Positions 29,994 to 39,010 of a DNA stretch of 64,000 bases are shown here, in pieces. The translations under genes were made by a program, and so were the position numbers. Positions within the stretch are counted from its first letter, which is position 1; the number at the start of each line of letters is the position of its first letter. The notes under the pieces are model-generated. The model saw only the letters and a list, made by a program, of their open reading frames with translations, ran no database searches and was not told the DNA's origin. Location of the stretch: NCBI RefSeq assembly GCF_054482525.1, contig NZ_CM137006.1; one strand, 5' to 3'.

Positions 29994-31982
29994 ATGGCAG
30001 GTGAAAATGCTCAATTGGGCTTTTCCGTCGATACATCGGAAGTGGAAACAGCATCAAAAAGGCTTAATGAATTAGCTAAATCAGCGCAAGGGGCGGCTGA
30101 TTCGGCTGGCAAATTATCAGATTCATTTGAGGAAAGTATGAAGGGTGTTAATTCATCAATTACTTCCAATCATCAGGCTATGCGCGAATTAACGGTAATG
30201 ATGCACGAAGCAATGTCTGGTAATTGGTCGCGCTTGCGTGGTTCTGCAATGATTATGGGCGGCGCATTGGGATTTGGTGGATTAACTAGCGGTGCGGTAG
30301 TTGGTGGAATTACGCTTGTTTCGGAAGGCATTGAATCGCTAATTGAAGGAATGCGAGAAGCTCAAAAAGCAGAAACTGAATTAAATAATTCTGCTGTAAT
30401 TACAGCAGATGTAAGCCTTTTAAATAGTGATTATGTTGATTCACTTACTATTGGTTATGAGAAATTAGGCTATTCAGCAACACAAGCAAAAGGCATGATT
30501 GCAGCGTTAAGTAATGCGGGTATGTTTGGTGATGAATTTAGTGTTGCAGGTAAACAAATTGCCGCACTATCTAAAGCGTTAGGCGGTAATTCAGACGAAC
30601 AAAAAAAATTAGCTGGTCAATTTGGTGGCTTGTATTCTGACCCGCTAGGACACGTTAACGAATTTTTCCAAGTAACAAACGGATGGATTACCAAAACCGA
30701 ACAAAACCGAATTAATGCGGCTGAACAATCGCATAATTCAGCACAAGCTGAAATGGCTATGCAAGAAGCGCTATTAGATGTTTATAAGCGTCAAACCGAT
30801 ATGCTACAGCTTAAAGCCTATTTGGAAACTAACGCCGCTACATATTCAGCCTTTCAGACGCGCGAACAATTCGGCAGCGCATGGGGTAAGGGCGAAAAAG
30901 AAAAGGCAGACGCATTTATCAAGCAATATGACGAGCGCCAGCAATCATTTAATCAGGGCGTTGAAAAGCTAAAAGGAAGCATTCACGAAACAGGACGCCA
31001 GATAAGGGAAAATGTAGAAGAATTTAATAAAGGAATGCATCCCCATAAAGTGCATACACACCACGGATTAACAGCAATTGAGAAAGCAGCTAAACAATTG
31101 GTGACCTACCAAACCCAAATTAAACAGGCTGGTTTGCAATTTGACCAGCAAATTAATTCAATTGGTGATTCAGTAAATAATGCGTGGAGTAATAAATTAT
31201 ACTCTTATTCAATGTCTTCTGACCAGAATGATTTTGCAAACCGAATTGAACAAATCAATGAACAATTCGACCGTATGCGCGAAAATGTAGACCGTTTGGC
31301 GCTGCAACATCATAAATCAATTGGTTCAAAAGAATATGTTGAAATGTTCCAAAAAATCGAATTAGGGCGCAAAAACGTATTGGCTGAAAACGTTGCTGGA
31401 TTTAATGAAATGGAGTCATTGCAGCATTCAGCGCTGGCGGGAATGGATGAGGGATGGATTAAATACCAGAAGCAGGTTAATGATGTTGCAAGCCAATCAG
31501 AGAAAGTTTTTGATACGGCTGTTGAGGGAATGACAAATTCATTAACTGATTTCTTTACAACTGGTGAGGCTGGTTGGACTAATTTTGTAAAATCAATCGC
31601 AACAATCACTGAAAAATACATGGTTCAAGATTGGATTGTTGAGCCGCTAGCAGGATTAGTAAAAGGGGGGATTAGCTCGCTATTTTCATCAAATCCATTG
31701 AGTTCAACGGCTAACACTTTTGCCGTTCCCGATATTCCAAAATTGGGCGCAACTCATTTAGGAGGCGGTCTAGGTTCGACCGCACCAGTTATCAATATCA
31801 CCATTAATGACAATGGCAACAAAGGCGGCGTTGATAGCAATGTTAGCGGCACAACAGGGCAAGTACAAAAAATGGGGGCGGCGCTAGATAAATTCCTGCA
31901 AAACTATATCAAAGAGCAAAACGTAAAATCCAACCGTCAGGGCGGGTTAAACAAAACAATGGGGAACTGGTCGACAAGATAA
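29994..31982 (+). CDS. Phage tail tape-measure protein homolog (lambda gpH-like), 662 aa, orphan
   Basis: Glycine-rich hydrophobic segment MIMGGALGFGGLTSGAVVGGITLV near the N-terminus, long helical middle, C-terminal FDTAVEGMTNSLTDFFTTGEAGWTNFVKSI and ...VINITINDNG matching, from memory, the lambda H C-terminal region; AGAGGT RBS. Confidence 0.6.
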   Translation: MAGENAQLGFSVDTSEVETASKRLNELAKSAQGAADSAGKLSDSFEESMKGVNSSITSNHQAMRELTVMMHEAMSGNWSRLRGSAMIMGGALGFGGLTSGAVVGGITLVSEGIESLIEGMREAQKAETELNNSAVITADVSLLNSDYVDSLTIGYEKLGYSATQAKGMIAALSNAGMFGDEFSVAGKQIAALSKALGGNSDEQKKLAGQFGGLYSDPLGHVNEFFQVTNGWITKTEQNRINAAEQSHNSAQAEMAMQEALLDVYKRQTDMLQLKAYLETNAATYSAFQTREQFGSAWGKGEKEKADAFIKQYDERQQSFNQGVEKLKGSIHETGRQIRENVEEFNKGMHPHKVHTHHGLTAIEKAAKQLVTYQTQIKQAGLQFDQQINSIGDSVNNAWSNKLYSYSMSSDQNDFANRIEQINEQFDRMRENVDRLALQHHKSIGSKEYVEMFQKIELGRKNVLAENVAGFNEMESLQHSALAGMDEGWIKYQKQVNDVASQSEKVFDTAVEGMTNSLTDFFTTGEAGWTNFVKSIATITEKYMVQDWIVEPLAGLVKGGISSLFSSNPLSSTANTFAVPDIPKLGATHLGGGLGSTAPVINITINDNGNKGGVDSNVSGTTGQVQKMGAALDKFLQNYIKEQNVKSNRQGGLNKTMGNWSTR

Positions 31983-32043
31983 TATTATGTTGCTTAGTAA
32001 GTCTAAACTTTACGCCCTAATTAGGGCGTTTTATTTAAAAAAG

Positions 32044-32661
32044 TTAATTTGCTGTATTTTCTCTCATCTTTCTAAGTTCTGGCAATACTTTCTTATAGAA
32101 TTTCGTAGTGGAATCAGCGCAGTAGTTTTGCAGATACTTATAGTTTTCTTCAAATTTAGGGAGATCTTTAGCTACCGTCAATTGCTTTGGTAAAGTTCCG
32201 GTAGCATCATCGGTTATATCAAATGTTATTGAATTATGTTTTCGATCTTCATTAACTTTTTTTAAAGTGGCAACAATAGGGCTTTTATCCATAGAACCAT
32301 CTATTAGTTGGCGAACTTGAAACTTCCTTGGGATTATAAAATTAATTACTGACGGAGGTTCACTATTTAATGTTATATTCCAAGTTATTGGCATAGCATC
32401 ACATAAACCTTCAGATATTATTTCACCATCAATTGAACCATCAGAATTGGCGATAAATTGTATTATAACAAGTGGTTGATCTTTATTTAAGCCAAGATCT
32501 CCACTATTTATTATATATTCAGCGTCTGTCGACCATTTGCCTGTTAGAAATTCTTTTTGATAAAGTGCTTCATTTATTTCACCTCTATATGGTAAATATA
32601 GACCTATAGCACCAATTGCAACACCTAATACAGTGCATATTGTTGTTATTCGTCCACTCAT
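32044..32661 (-). CDS. Membrane-anchored hypothetical protein, 205 aa
   Basis: N-terminal hydrophobic helix ITTICTVLGVAIGAIGLYLPY; AT-rich; at the island edge. Confidence 0.45.
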   Translation of the reverse strand: MSGRITTICTVLGVAIGAIGLYLPYRGEINEALYQKEFLTGKWSTDAEYIINSGDLGLNKDQPLVIIQFIANSDGSIDGEIISEGLCDAMPITWNITLNSEPPSVINFIIPRKFQVRQLIDGSMDKSPIVATLKKVNEDRKHNSITFDITDDATGTLPKQLTVAKDLPKFEENYKYLQNYCADSTTKFYKKVLPELRKMRENTAN

Positions 32662-32875
32662 ATCACACTCGTTATCTTATCCTTGTTGTAGTTAAGCATT
32701 TTATTTTATTTTTTTATTGTGAAAATGGCTAGTTTTAGTTGGGTCTTGCGCTGAATCTAACGAGTGCTTACCCCGTGAAGTGATTTATGATTAAAGTTCG
32801 TTTTGTTTTTGGTTAAAAAATGAACATGTGAGTGCTTTGGAAAATTTCTGTAACACTCACCTGATTTACGCTGGT

Positions 32876-32909
32876 AGCACACAAATGGTACACAAACGGC
32901 ACACAGGTA
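32876..32909. repeat. Three tandem ~11-bp repeats (agcacacaaatgg / tacacaaacgg / cacacaggtaa), candidate integrase arm-type sites, right end
   Basis: Mirrors the left-end triplet; same orientation; ~70 bp inside the right att repeat. Confidence 0.5.
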
Positions 32910-32978
32910 ATCGCATACCTTTAATGACCTAATTTCTTCAAGCCCCTGCATTGCTGCGTTTGTCGTGATTTTCGGCAT

Positions 32979-33048
32979 AAAAAAAAGCCCATCGTGGGAG
33001 ATGGGCAAAGACTACACACAGCAATTCGTTGTTTCACTCAGGGGATTT
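32979..33048. repeat. Right attachment-site direct repeat (3' 70 nt of intact rprA)
   Basis: Identical to 21338-21407. Confidence 0.9.
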
Positions 33049-33084
33049 CCATGCTTATAAATCAATATGTTGATTTATAACCGT
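32979..33084 (-). ncRNA. rprA: Small regulatory RNA RprA (activator of rpoS translation)
   Basis: Minus-strand sequence ACGGTTATAAATCAACATATTGATTTATAAGCATGGAAATCCCCTGAGTGAAACAACGAATTGCTGTGTGTAGTCTTTGCCCATCTCCCACGATGGGCTTTTTTTT matches RprA from memory, including the intrinsic terminator; lies between ydiK and ydiL. Confidence 0.85.
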
Positions 33085-33269
33085 GAGCTAATAGTAGGCA
33101 TACGGACTTTTTGCGTCGATCAGATTCGTCTCATTAGTTTAAAAACTGTAAAGAATTTGCGACAGGTACTACCAGCTGAATGGCGGTAAGCAGGAAAATA
33201 TGGGGAAGAGCAAGCAAATATCAATTAGCGGTGGTTAACAATCAGGCGGCAGAGCCGCCTGATGAGAAA

Positions 33270-34382
33270 TTACTTATTCGGTTTCTCTATTTCGCCAAGT
33301 TCTTCGAGAACTTCTTCCGGTTGGTCAGTCGGCGGTGGGACTTCTTCCACCCACGCGGCAAAAAGACGCCAGGAAACGGCTAACAGAACCGGACCAATAA
33401 ACAGGCCGATCATCCCGAAAGCAATCAAACCACCAATAACGCCAGAGAGGATCAGGATCAGCGGTAAATCGGCACCCATGCGAATTAACATTGGGCGGAT
33501 GACGTTATCCAGCGTGCCGACCACACCGCTCCACACTAACAGTACCGTTCCCCAGGTGGTATCACCGGTCCAGTAGAGCCAGATAATCGCCGGAATCAGT
33601 ACCGGCAATGGTCCAAGCTGGACAAGGCAGGAGAGGATCATTAACACCGTGAGCAAAGTTGCATAAGGTACGCCGGATACGGCGAGGCCGATACCGCCAA
33701 GCACTGCCTGTACTAACGCTGTCACCACAACACCCAGCGCCACCGCGCGGATAGCTTGTGCCGCTAGCAGCACGGCGGCATCTCCACGAACGCCTGCCAG
33801 ACGGGTTGCAAAATGGCGAATGCCTTGTGCCACCTGTTCACCGCGCCAGTACAGCAGGGCACTGAAGAGAAGCATCAGCGCACAATGCACCATAAAGCGC
33901 CCGATATGCGCCGCTTGCCCAACGAACCAGGTGGTGGTGGTGCCAATATAAGGACGGACTTTTGCCATGATCGCCGTCCCCCCCATATCCAGCAAGTTGT
34001 GCCAGCCTGCATACAGCTTCGCGCCAATCACCGGAATGGTATTAAGCCACGCCAGATCGGGTAACGTCATGTCACCGCTGGAAATGGCTTTAATTAGCGG
34101 GCCGCTGCCGTCGACGATACTGTTAACCAGCAAGGCAATAGGGATGATAAACACCATCACTAATAACAGCGTCATCACCAGAACGGCGAGAGAGCGGCGA
34201 CCAAACATGATCTTTTGCAAACGTAACAATACCGGCCAGGTGGCGATGACCACCGTACCAGCCCATGCAAAGCCGAGAATAAAGGGTTGTACAATCCACA
34301 GACATGCCACAATCATGATGGCTAAAAAGAGCACCGAAAGCAGAATTTGTGCGACATCCCTGGGCTGACGAACATTTACCAT
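33270..34382 (-). CDS. ydiK: AI-2E family (UPF0118) inner-membrane transporter YdiK, 370 aa
   Basis: 370-aa multi-TM ORF; upstream neighbour of rprA as in K-12. Confidence 0.88.
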   Translation of the reverse strand: MVNVRQPRDVAQILLSVLFLAIMIVACLWIVQPFILGFAWAGTVVIATWPVLLRLQKIMFGRRSLAVLVMTLLLVMVFIIPIALLVNSIVDGSGPLIKAISSGDMTLPDLAWLNTIPVIGAKLYAGWHNLLDMGGTAIMAKVRPYIGTTTTWFVGQAAHIGRFMVHCALMLLFSALLYWRGEQVAQGIRHFATRLAGVRGDAAVLLAAQAIRAVALGVVVTALVQAVLGGIGLAVSGVPYATLLTVLMILSCLVQLGPLPVLIPAIIWLYWTGDTTWGTVLLVWSGVVGTLDNVIRPMLIRMGADLPLILILSGVIGGLIAFGMIGLFIGPVLLAVSWRLFAAWVEEVPPPTDQPEEVLEELGEIEKPNK

Positions 34383-34770
34383 AACTACTTTTCACCTTTT
34401 TTGTGCGTCAAATCGTCGACGCGACGTGAACACGCGAAACTCACTTGCATAATGATGAGCAATTTCAGCGGTTTTTAACAGGCCGATTCTGCCCTTAATT
34501 CTGATGGGCGTGTTAGAAAAAAATGTGGTACAACAACTCAGGCAACACGCAAACGATTTACTCGTCGTATTTCAAGTTGCATGTGCTGCGGCTACGTTCA
34601 TTCACCCCAGTCACTTACTATTGTAAGCTCCTGGAGTTCACTCGCTTGCCGCCTTCCTGCAACACGAAATCCATAGAGTAAACAAACATCACCTTTCAGT
34701 GCGCTATTGCAGCAGCCTGAAAGAATAGTGTATCGACCTACATCACAGACCGCAGGAAAGGGTCAATATA

Positions 34771-37700
34771 ATGATTCCACAGATTTCCCAGGCACCCGGC
34801 GTCGTTCAACTGGTGCTTAATTTTTTGCAAGAGCTGGAGCAACAGGGGTTTACCGGCGATACGGCGACAAGTTATGCCGATCGTCTGACAATGTCGACCG
34901 ACAACAGTATTTACCAACTTCTCCCCGATGCGGTGGTATTTCCGCGTTCAACCGCAGATGTGGCGCTGATCGCCCGTCTTGCCGCGCAGGAACGCTATTC
35001 ATCGCTGATCTTTACCCCCCGCGGCGGCGGCACCGGCACTAACGGTCAGGCGCTCAACCAGGGGATTATTGTTGATATGTCCCGCCATATGAACCGCATC
35101 ATCGAAATTAACCCTGAAGAGGGCTGGGTGCGCGTTGAGGCCGGGGTGATAAAAGACCAACTCAATCAGTACCTGAAACCGTTCGGCTACTTTTTTGCGC
35201 CGGAGCTTTCGACCAGCAACCGGGCAACGCTCGGCGGGATGATCAATACCGATGCGTCCGGTCAGGGATCGCTGGTCTATGGCAAAACGTCAGATCACGT
35301 ACTTGGCCTACGTGCGGTATTGTTGGGGGGCGATATTCTCGATACGCAACCTTTACCCGTCGAGCTGGCGGAAACGCTGGGTAAATCCAATACCACAATC
35401 GGGCGAATTTATAACACGGTTTATCAACGTTGCCGTCAGCAACGCCAGTTAATCATCGACAACTTCCCCAAACTTAACCGCTTTCTTACCGGTTACGATC
35501 TGCGTCATGTCTTTAACGATGAGATGACCGAGTTCGACCTGACGCGCATTCTGACGGGTTCAGAAGGGACGCTGGCCTTTATTACCGAAGCGCGGCTGGA
35601 TATTACGCCCTTGCCTAAAGTGCGCCGTCTGGTGAACGTCAAATATGACTCTTTTGACTCCGCGCTGCGTAACGCGCCGTTTATGGTTGAGGCGCGGGCG
35701 CTTTCGGTAGAGACGGTGGACTCAAAAGTGCTGAATTTGGCGCGGGAAGATATTGTCTGGCATTCCGTCAGCGAGTTGATTACCGATGTGCCTGACAAAG
35801 AAATGCTCGGGCTGAACATTGTGGAATTTGCTGGTGATGATGAGACGCTGATTGATGAGCGGGTAAATGCACTCTGTGCGCGGTTGGATGAACTGATTGC
35901 CAGCCAACAGGCAGGTGTGATTGGCTGGCAGGTGTGCCGCGAACTGGCGGGTGTTGAACGTATCTATGCGATGCGCAAAAAAGCTGTTGGTCTGCTTGGC
36001 AATGCCAAAGGTGCCGCTAAGCCAATTCCGTTTGCTGAGGATACCTGCGTACCGCCGGAACATCTGGCAGATTATATTGCTGAATTTCGCGCGCTGCTCG
36101 ACAGCCACGGCTTAAGCTACGGTATGTTCGGTCACGTCGACGCAGGTGTCTTGCACGTCCGTCCGGCACTGGATATGTGCGATCCGCAACAAGAGATTTT
36201 GATGAAGCAAATCTCTGATGATGTAGTGGCGCTTACCGCGAAATACGGTGGTTTGTTGTGGGGCGAACACGGCAAAGGTTTTCGCGCCGAATACAGCCCG
36301 GCGTTTTTTGGTGAGGAACTTTTTGCAGAACTGCGTAAAGTGAAAGCGGCATTTGACCCGCATAACCGACTCAACCCTGGGAAGATTTGCCCGCCAGAAG
36401 GTCTCGATGCGCCGATGATGAAAGTGGACGCGGTGAAGCGCGGTACATTCGATCGACAGATCCCCATTGCGGTACGCCAGCAGTGGCGTGGTGCAATGGA
36501 GTGTAACGGCAACGGTTTATGCTTCAACTTTGATGCCCGCAGTCCGATGTGCCCGTCGATGAAGATTACCCAGAACCGGATTCATTCACCGAAAGGGCGC
36601 GCAACGCTGGTGCGTGAATGGCTGCGTTTGTTGGCAGATCGCGGCGTTGACCCACTCAAACTGGAACAAGAGCTGCCTGAATCAGGCGTCAGTTTGCGGA
36701 CGTTAATTGCCCGCACGCGCAATAGCTGGCATGCGAATAAAGGCGAATATGACTTCTCCCACGAAGTCAAAGAGGCGATGTCTGGTTGCCTGGCCTGTAA
36801 AGCGTGTTCGACACAGTGCCCAATCAAAATTGACGTGCCTGAGTTTCGTTCTCGCTTTCTGCAACTCTATCACACCCGTTATTTGCGCCCGCTGCGCGAC
36901 CACCTCGTCGCCACGGTCGAGAGCTACGCACCGCTGATGGCACGCGCGCCGAAAACCTTTAACTTCTTCATTAACCAGCCGCTGGTGCGCAAACTCTCGG
37001 AAAAACATATCGGCATGGTTGATTTGCCGCTGCTGTCGGTCCCCTCGCTACAACAACAAATGGTGGGGCATCGCTCGGCAAACATGACGCTGGAACAGCT
37101 TGAAGCTCTCAGTGCAGAGCAGAAAGCGCGCACGGTGCTGGTGGTGCAGGACCCCTTTACCAGCTATTACGATGCGCAAGTGGTGGCGGATTTTGTCCGT
37201 CTGGTCGAAAAATTAGGTTTCCAGCCGGTGTTACTGCCATTTTCGCCAAATGGCAAAGCCCAGCATATCAAAGGCTTTCTTAATCGTTTTGCGAAGACGG
37301 CGAAAAAGACGGCGGATTTCCTCAACCGTGTGGCGAAGCTGGGGATGCCAATGGTGGGCGTCGATCCGGCGCTGGTACTTTGTTATCGCGATGAATATAA
37401 ACTGGCGCTGGGCGAGGAACGTGGCGAGTTTAACGTCTTACTGGCGAATGAATGGCTGGCAAGCGCACTTGACTCACAGCCAGTGGCTACAGTCAGCGGT
37501 GAATCATGGTATTTCTTTGGTCACTGTACCGAAGTTACCGCTTTGCCGGGCGCGCCAGCACAATGGGCCGCGATATTTGCCCGTTTTGGCGCGAAACTGG
37601 AAAATGTCAGCGTGGGTTGCTGCGGCATGGCAGGGACTTACGGACATGAAGCGAAAAACCATAAAAATTCGCTCGGGATCTATGAGTTATCCTGGCATCA

Positions 37701-37827
37701 GGCGATGCAGCGACTGCCGCGTAATCGCTGTCTGGCGACCGGATATTCCTGCCGTAGCCAGGTAAAACGGGTCGAAGGCACGGGGGTACGCCATCCTGTG
37801 CAGGCTTTACTGGAGATTATTAAATGA
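34771..37827 (+). CDS. ydiJ: FAD-linked oxidoreductase with Fe-S/CCG domains YdiJ, 1018 aa
   Basis: 1018-aa ORF; FAD-binding (PCMH-type) N-terminus and Cys-rich C-terminus. Confidence 0.9.
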   Translation: MIPQISQAPGVVQLVLNFLQELEQQGFTGDTATSYADRLTMSTDNSIYQLLPDAVVFPRSTADVALIARLAAQERYSSLIFTPRGGGTGTNGQALNQGIIVDMSRHMNRIIEINPEEGWVRVEAGVIKDQLNQYLKPFGYFFAPELSTSNRATLGGMINTDASGQGSLVYGKTSDHVLGLRAVLLGGDILDTQPLPVELAETLGKSNTTIGRIYNTVYQRCRQQRQLIIDNFPKLNRFLTGYDLRHVFNDEMTEFDLTRILTGSEGTLAFITEARLDITPLPKVRRLVNVKYDSFDSALRNAPFMVEARALSVETVDSKVLNLAREDIVWHSVSELITDVPDKEMLGLNIVEFAGDDETLIDERVNALCARLDELIASQQAGVIGWQVCRELAGVERIYAMRKKAVGLLGNAKGAAKPIPFAEDTCVPPEHLADYIAEFRALLDSHGLSYGMFGHVDAGVLHVRPALDMCDPQQEILMKQISDDVVALTAKYGGLLWGEHGKGFRAEYSPAFFGEELFAELRKVKAAFDPHNRLNPGKICPPEGLDAPMMKVDAVKRGTFDRQIPIAVRQQWRGAMECNGNGLCFNFDARSPMCPSMKITQNRIHSPKGRATLVREWLRLLADRGVDPLKLEQELPESGVSLRTLIARTRNSWHANKGEYDFSHEVKEAMSGCLACKACSTQCPIKIDVPEFRSRFLQLYHTRYLRPLRDHLVATVESYAPLMARAPKTFNFFINQPLVRKLSEKHIGMVDLPLLSVPSLQQQMVGHRSANMTLEQLEALSAEQKARTVLVVQDPFTSYYDAQVVADFVRLVEKLGFQPVLLPFSPNGKAQHIKGFLNRFAKTAKKTADFLNRVAKLGMPMVGVDPALVLCYRDEYKLALGEERGEFNVLLANEWLASALDSQPVATVSGESWYFFGHCTEVTALPGAPAQWAAIFARFGAKLENVSVGCCGMAGTYGHEAKNHKNSLGIYELSWHQAMQRLPRNRCLATGYSCRSQVKRVEGTGVRHPVQALLEIIK

Positions 37828-38234
37828 TATGGAAACGAAAAATCACCCTGGAAGCACTGAATGCTATGGGTGAAGGAAACATGGTGGGGTTGCTGGATAT
37901 TCGCTTTGAACATATTGGTGATGACACCCTTGAAGCGACAATGCCAGTAGACTCGCGGACAAAGCAGCCTTTCGGGTTGCTGCATGGAGGAGCATCCGTG
38001 GTACTGGCCGAAAGTATCGGTTCCGTTGCCGGTTATTTATGTACCGAAGGTGAGCAAAAAGTGGTTGGTCTGGAAATCAATGCTAACCACGTCCGCTCGG
38101 CACGAGAAGGGCGGGTGCGCGGCGTATGCAAACCGTTGCATCTCGGTTCGCGTCACCAGGTCTGGCAGATTGAAATCTTCGATGAGAAAGGGCGTTTGTG
38201 CTGTTCGTCACGATTGACGACCGCGATTTTGTGA
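37824..38234 (+). CDS. menI: 1,4-dihydroxy-2-naphthoyl-CoA hydrolase (hotdog thioesterase) MenI/YdiI, 136 aa
   Basis: 136-aa ORF; 4-bp overlap with ydiJ. Confidence 0.9.
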   Translation: MIWKRKITLEALNAMGEGNMVGLLDIRFEHIGDDTLEATMPVDSRTKQPFGLLHGGASVVLAESIGSVAGYLCTEGEQKVVGLEINANHVRSAREGRVRGVCKPLHLGSRHQVWQIEIFDEKGRLCCSSRLTTAIL

Positions 38235-38333
38235 CGTTGTCACCAGAAAAGTGTGACGCATATTGCTTTTGGTCATTATCTGCACAGTAAACGGTGGTAT
38301 ACTGTGCAGGTCTTGTCTAAAAGCGAGGATGCT

Positions 38334-38522
38334 ATGTCTACTCAACTTGATCCCACCCAGCTGGCCATTGAATTTTTACGCCGTGACCAGAGCAATCTTT
38401 CACCTGCCCAATATCTCAAACGTCTGAAACAACTAGAACTTGAATTTGCTGACCTGCTTACTCTCTCTTCTGCTGAATTAAAAGAAGAAATCTACTTTGC
38501 CTGGCGTCTGGGCGTGCATTGA
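38334..38522 (+). CDS. ydiH: Uncharacterised small protein YdiH, 62 aa
   Basis: Internal ATG gives MSTQLDPTQLAIEFLRRDQSNLSPAQYLKRLKQLELEFADLL (62 aa). Confidence 0.7.
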   Translation: MSTQLDPTQLAIEFLRRDQSNLSPAQYLKRLKQLELEFADLLTLSSAELKEEIYFAWRLGVH

Positions 38523-38747
38523 TCCTGACTTAATGCCGCAATTTCGCCAAATCGACCTGGATTAACCTCCGTCCAGGTTCGATGACCTTCTTAATACTGC
38601 TTATCTACCCGCCTGATATTGTTCAAAAATAATACTAATCGCAGTTTGTGTTAAAACGGCGGGTTAGCTTTATGAGATTATTCTTATCGCCCCTTCAAGA
38701 GCTAAGCCACTGAGAGTGCCGGAGATAAGCGCCGGATGGGGTAGAAA

Positions 38748-38788
38748 CCCTTAAGCCTGTGTCGCACAGACTTAAGGGTTTTCTTATT
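38748..38788 (+). terminator. Rho-independent terminator-like hairpin in the ydiH-sufA intergenic region
   Basis: cccttaagcctgtg...cacagacttaaggg stem followed by ttttcttattt. Confidence 0.5.
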
Positions 38789-38874
38789 TCTGAACGCTGC
38801 ACTTTTTTACCTATCTCTTAAATAGTCATTTTCAATACAACTTTTTCTTTTTCATCACAGCCTTAATGCTCCTT

Positions 38875-38890
38875 AGATAATAATCATTAT
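38875..38890. promoter_or_regulatory. Fur-box-like sequence in the suf promoter region (distal)
   Basis: gataataatcattatc resembles the Fur consensus GATAATGATAATCATTATC. Confidence 0.5.
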
Positions 38891-39010
38891 CTAACAATGA
38901 GATACCTAATTCTTAGCGTGCCTGTTAACCCACACATCAGGGTCTATGCTTATTAAAAGCAGGAAAAAAGCATGTTTTACGGTAAAGCCCCTGCGTTTGC
39001 TGGGTTGAAC

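Larger units (their letters stand above)
21338..33048. mobile_element. ~11.6 kb integrative island (decayed satellite/prophage-like element) inserted at the 3' end of rprA, including both flanking 70-bp direct repeats
   Basis: 70-bp direct repeats at both ends; integrase, primase, Rep and AlpA-like genes; iterons; arm-type repeats; AT-rich by eye; interrupts ydiL-rprA-ydiK, which I recall as contiguous in K-12. Confidence 0.8.

Noticed and set aside
32757-33008. 83-aa minus-strand ORF overlapping the rprA 3' end
   Set aside because: Overlaps the sRNA terminator and att repeat; no RBS; the region is better explained by rprA and arm-type repeats
21338-33048. Insertion sequence or transposon as the origin of the island
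   Set aside because: No transposase gene and no terminal inverted repeats; the flanking repeats are direct and duplicate a host gene's 3' end, which fits site-specific integration instead
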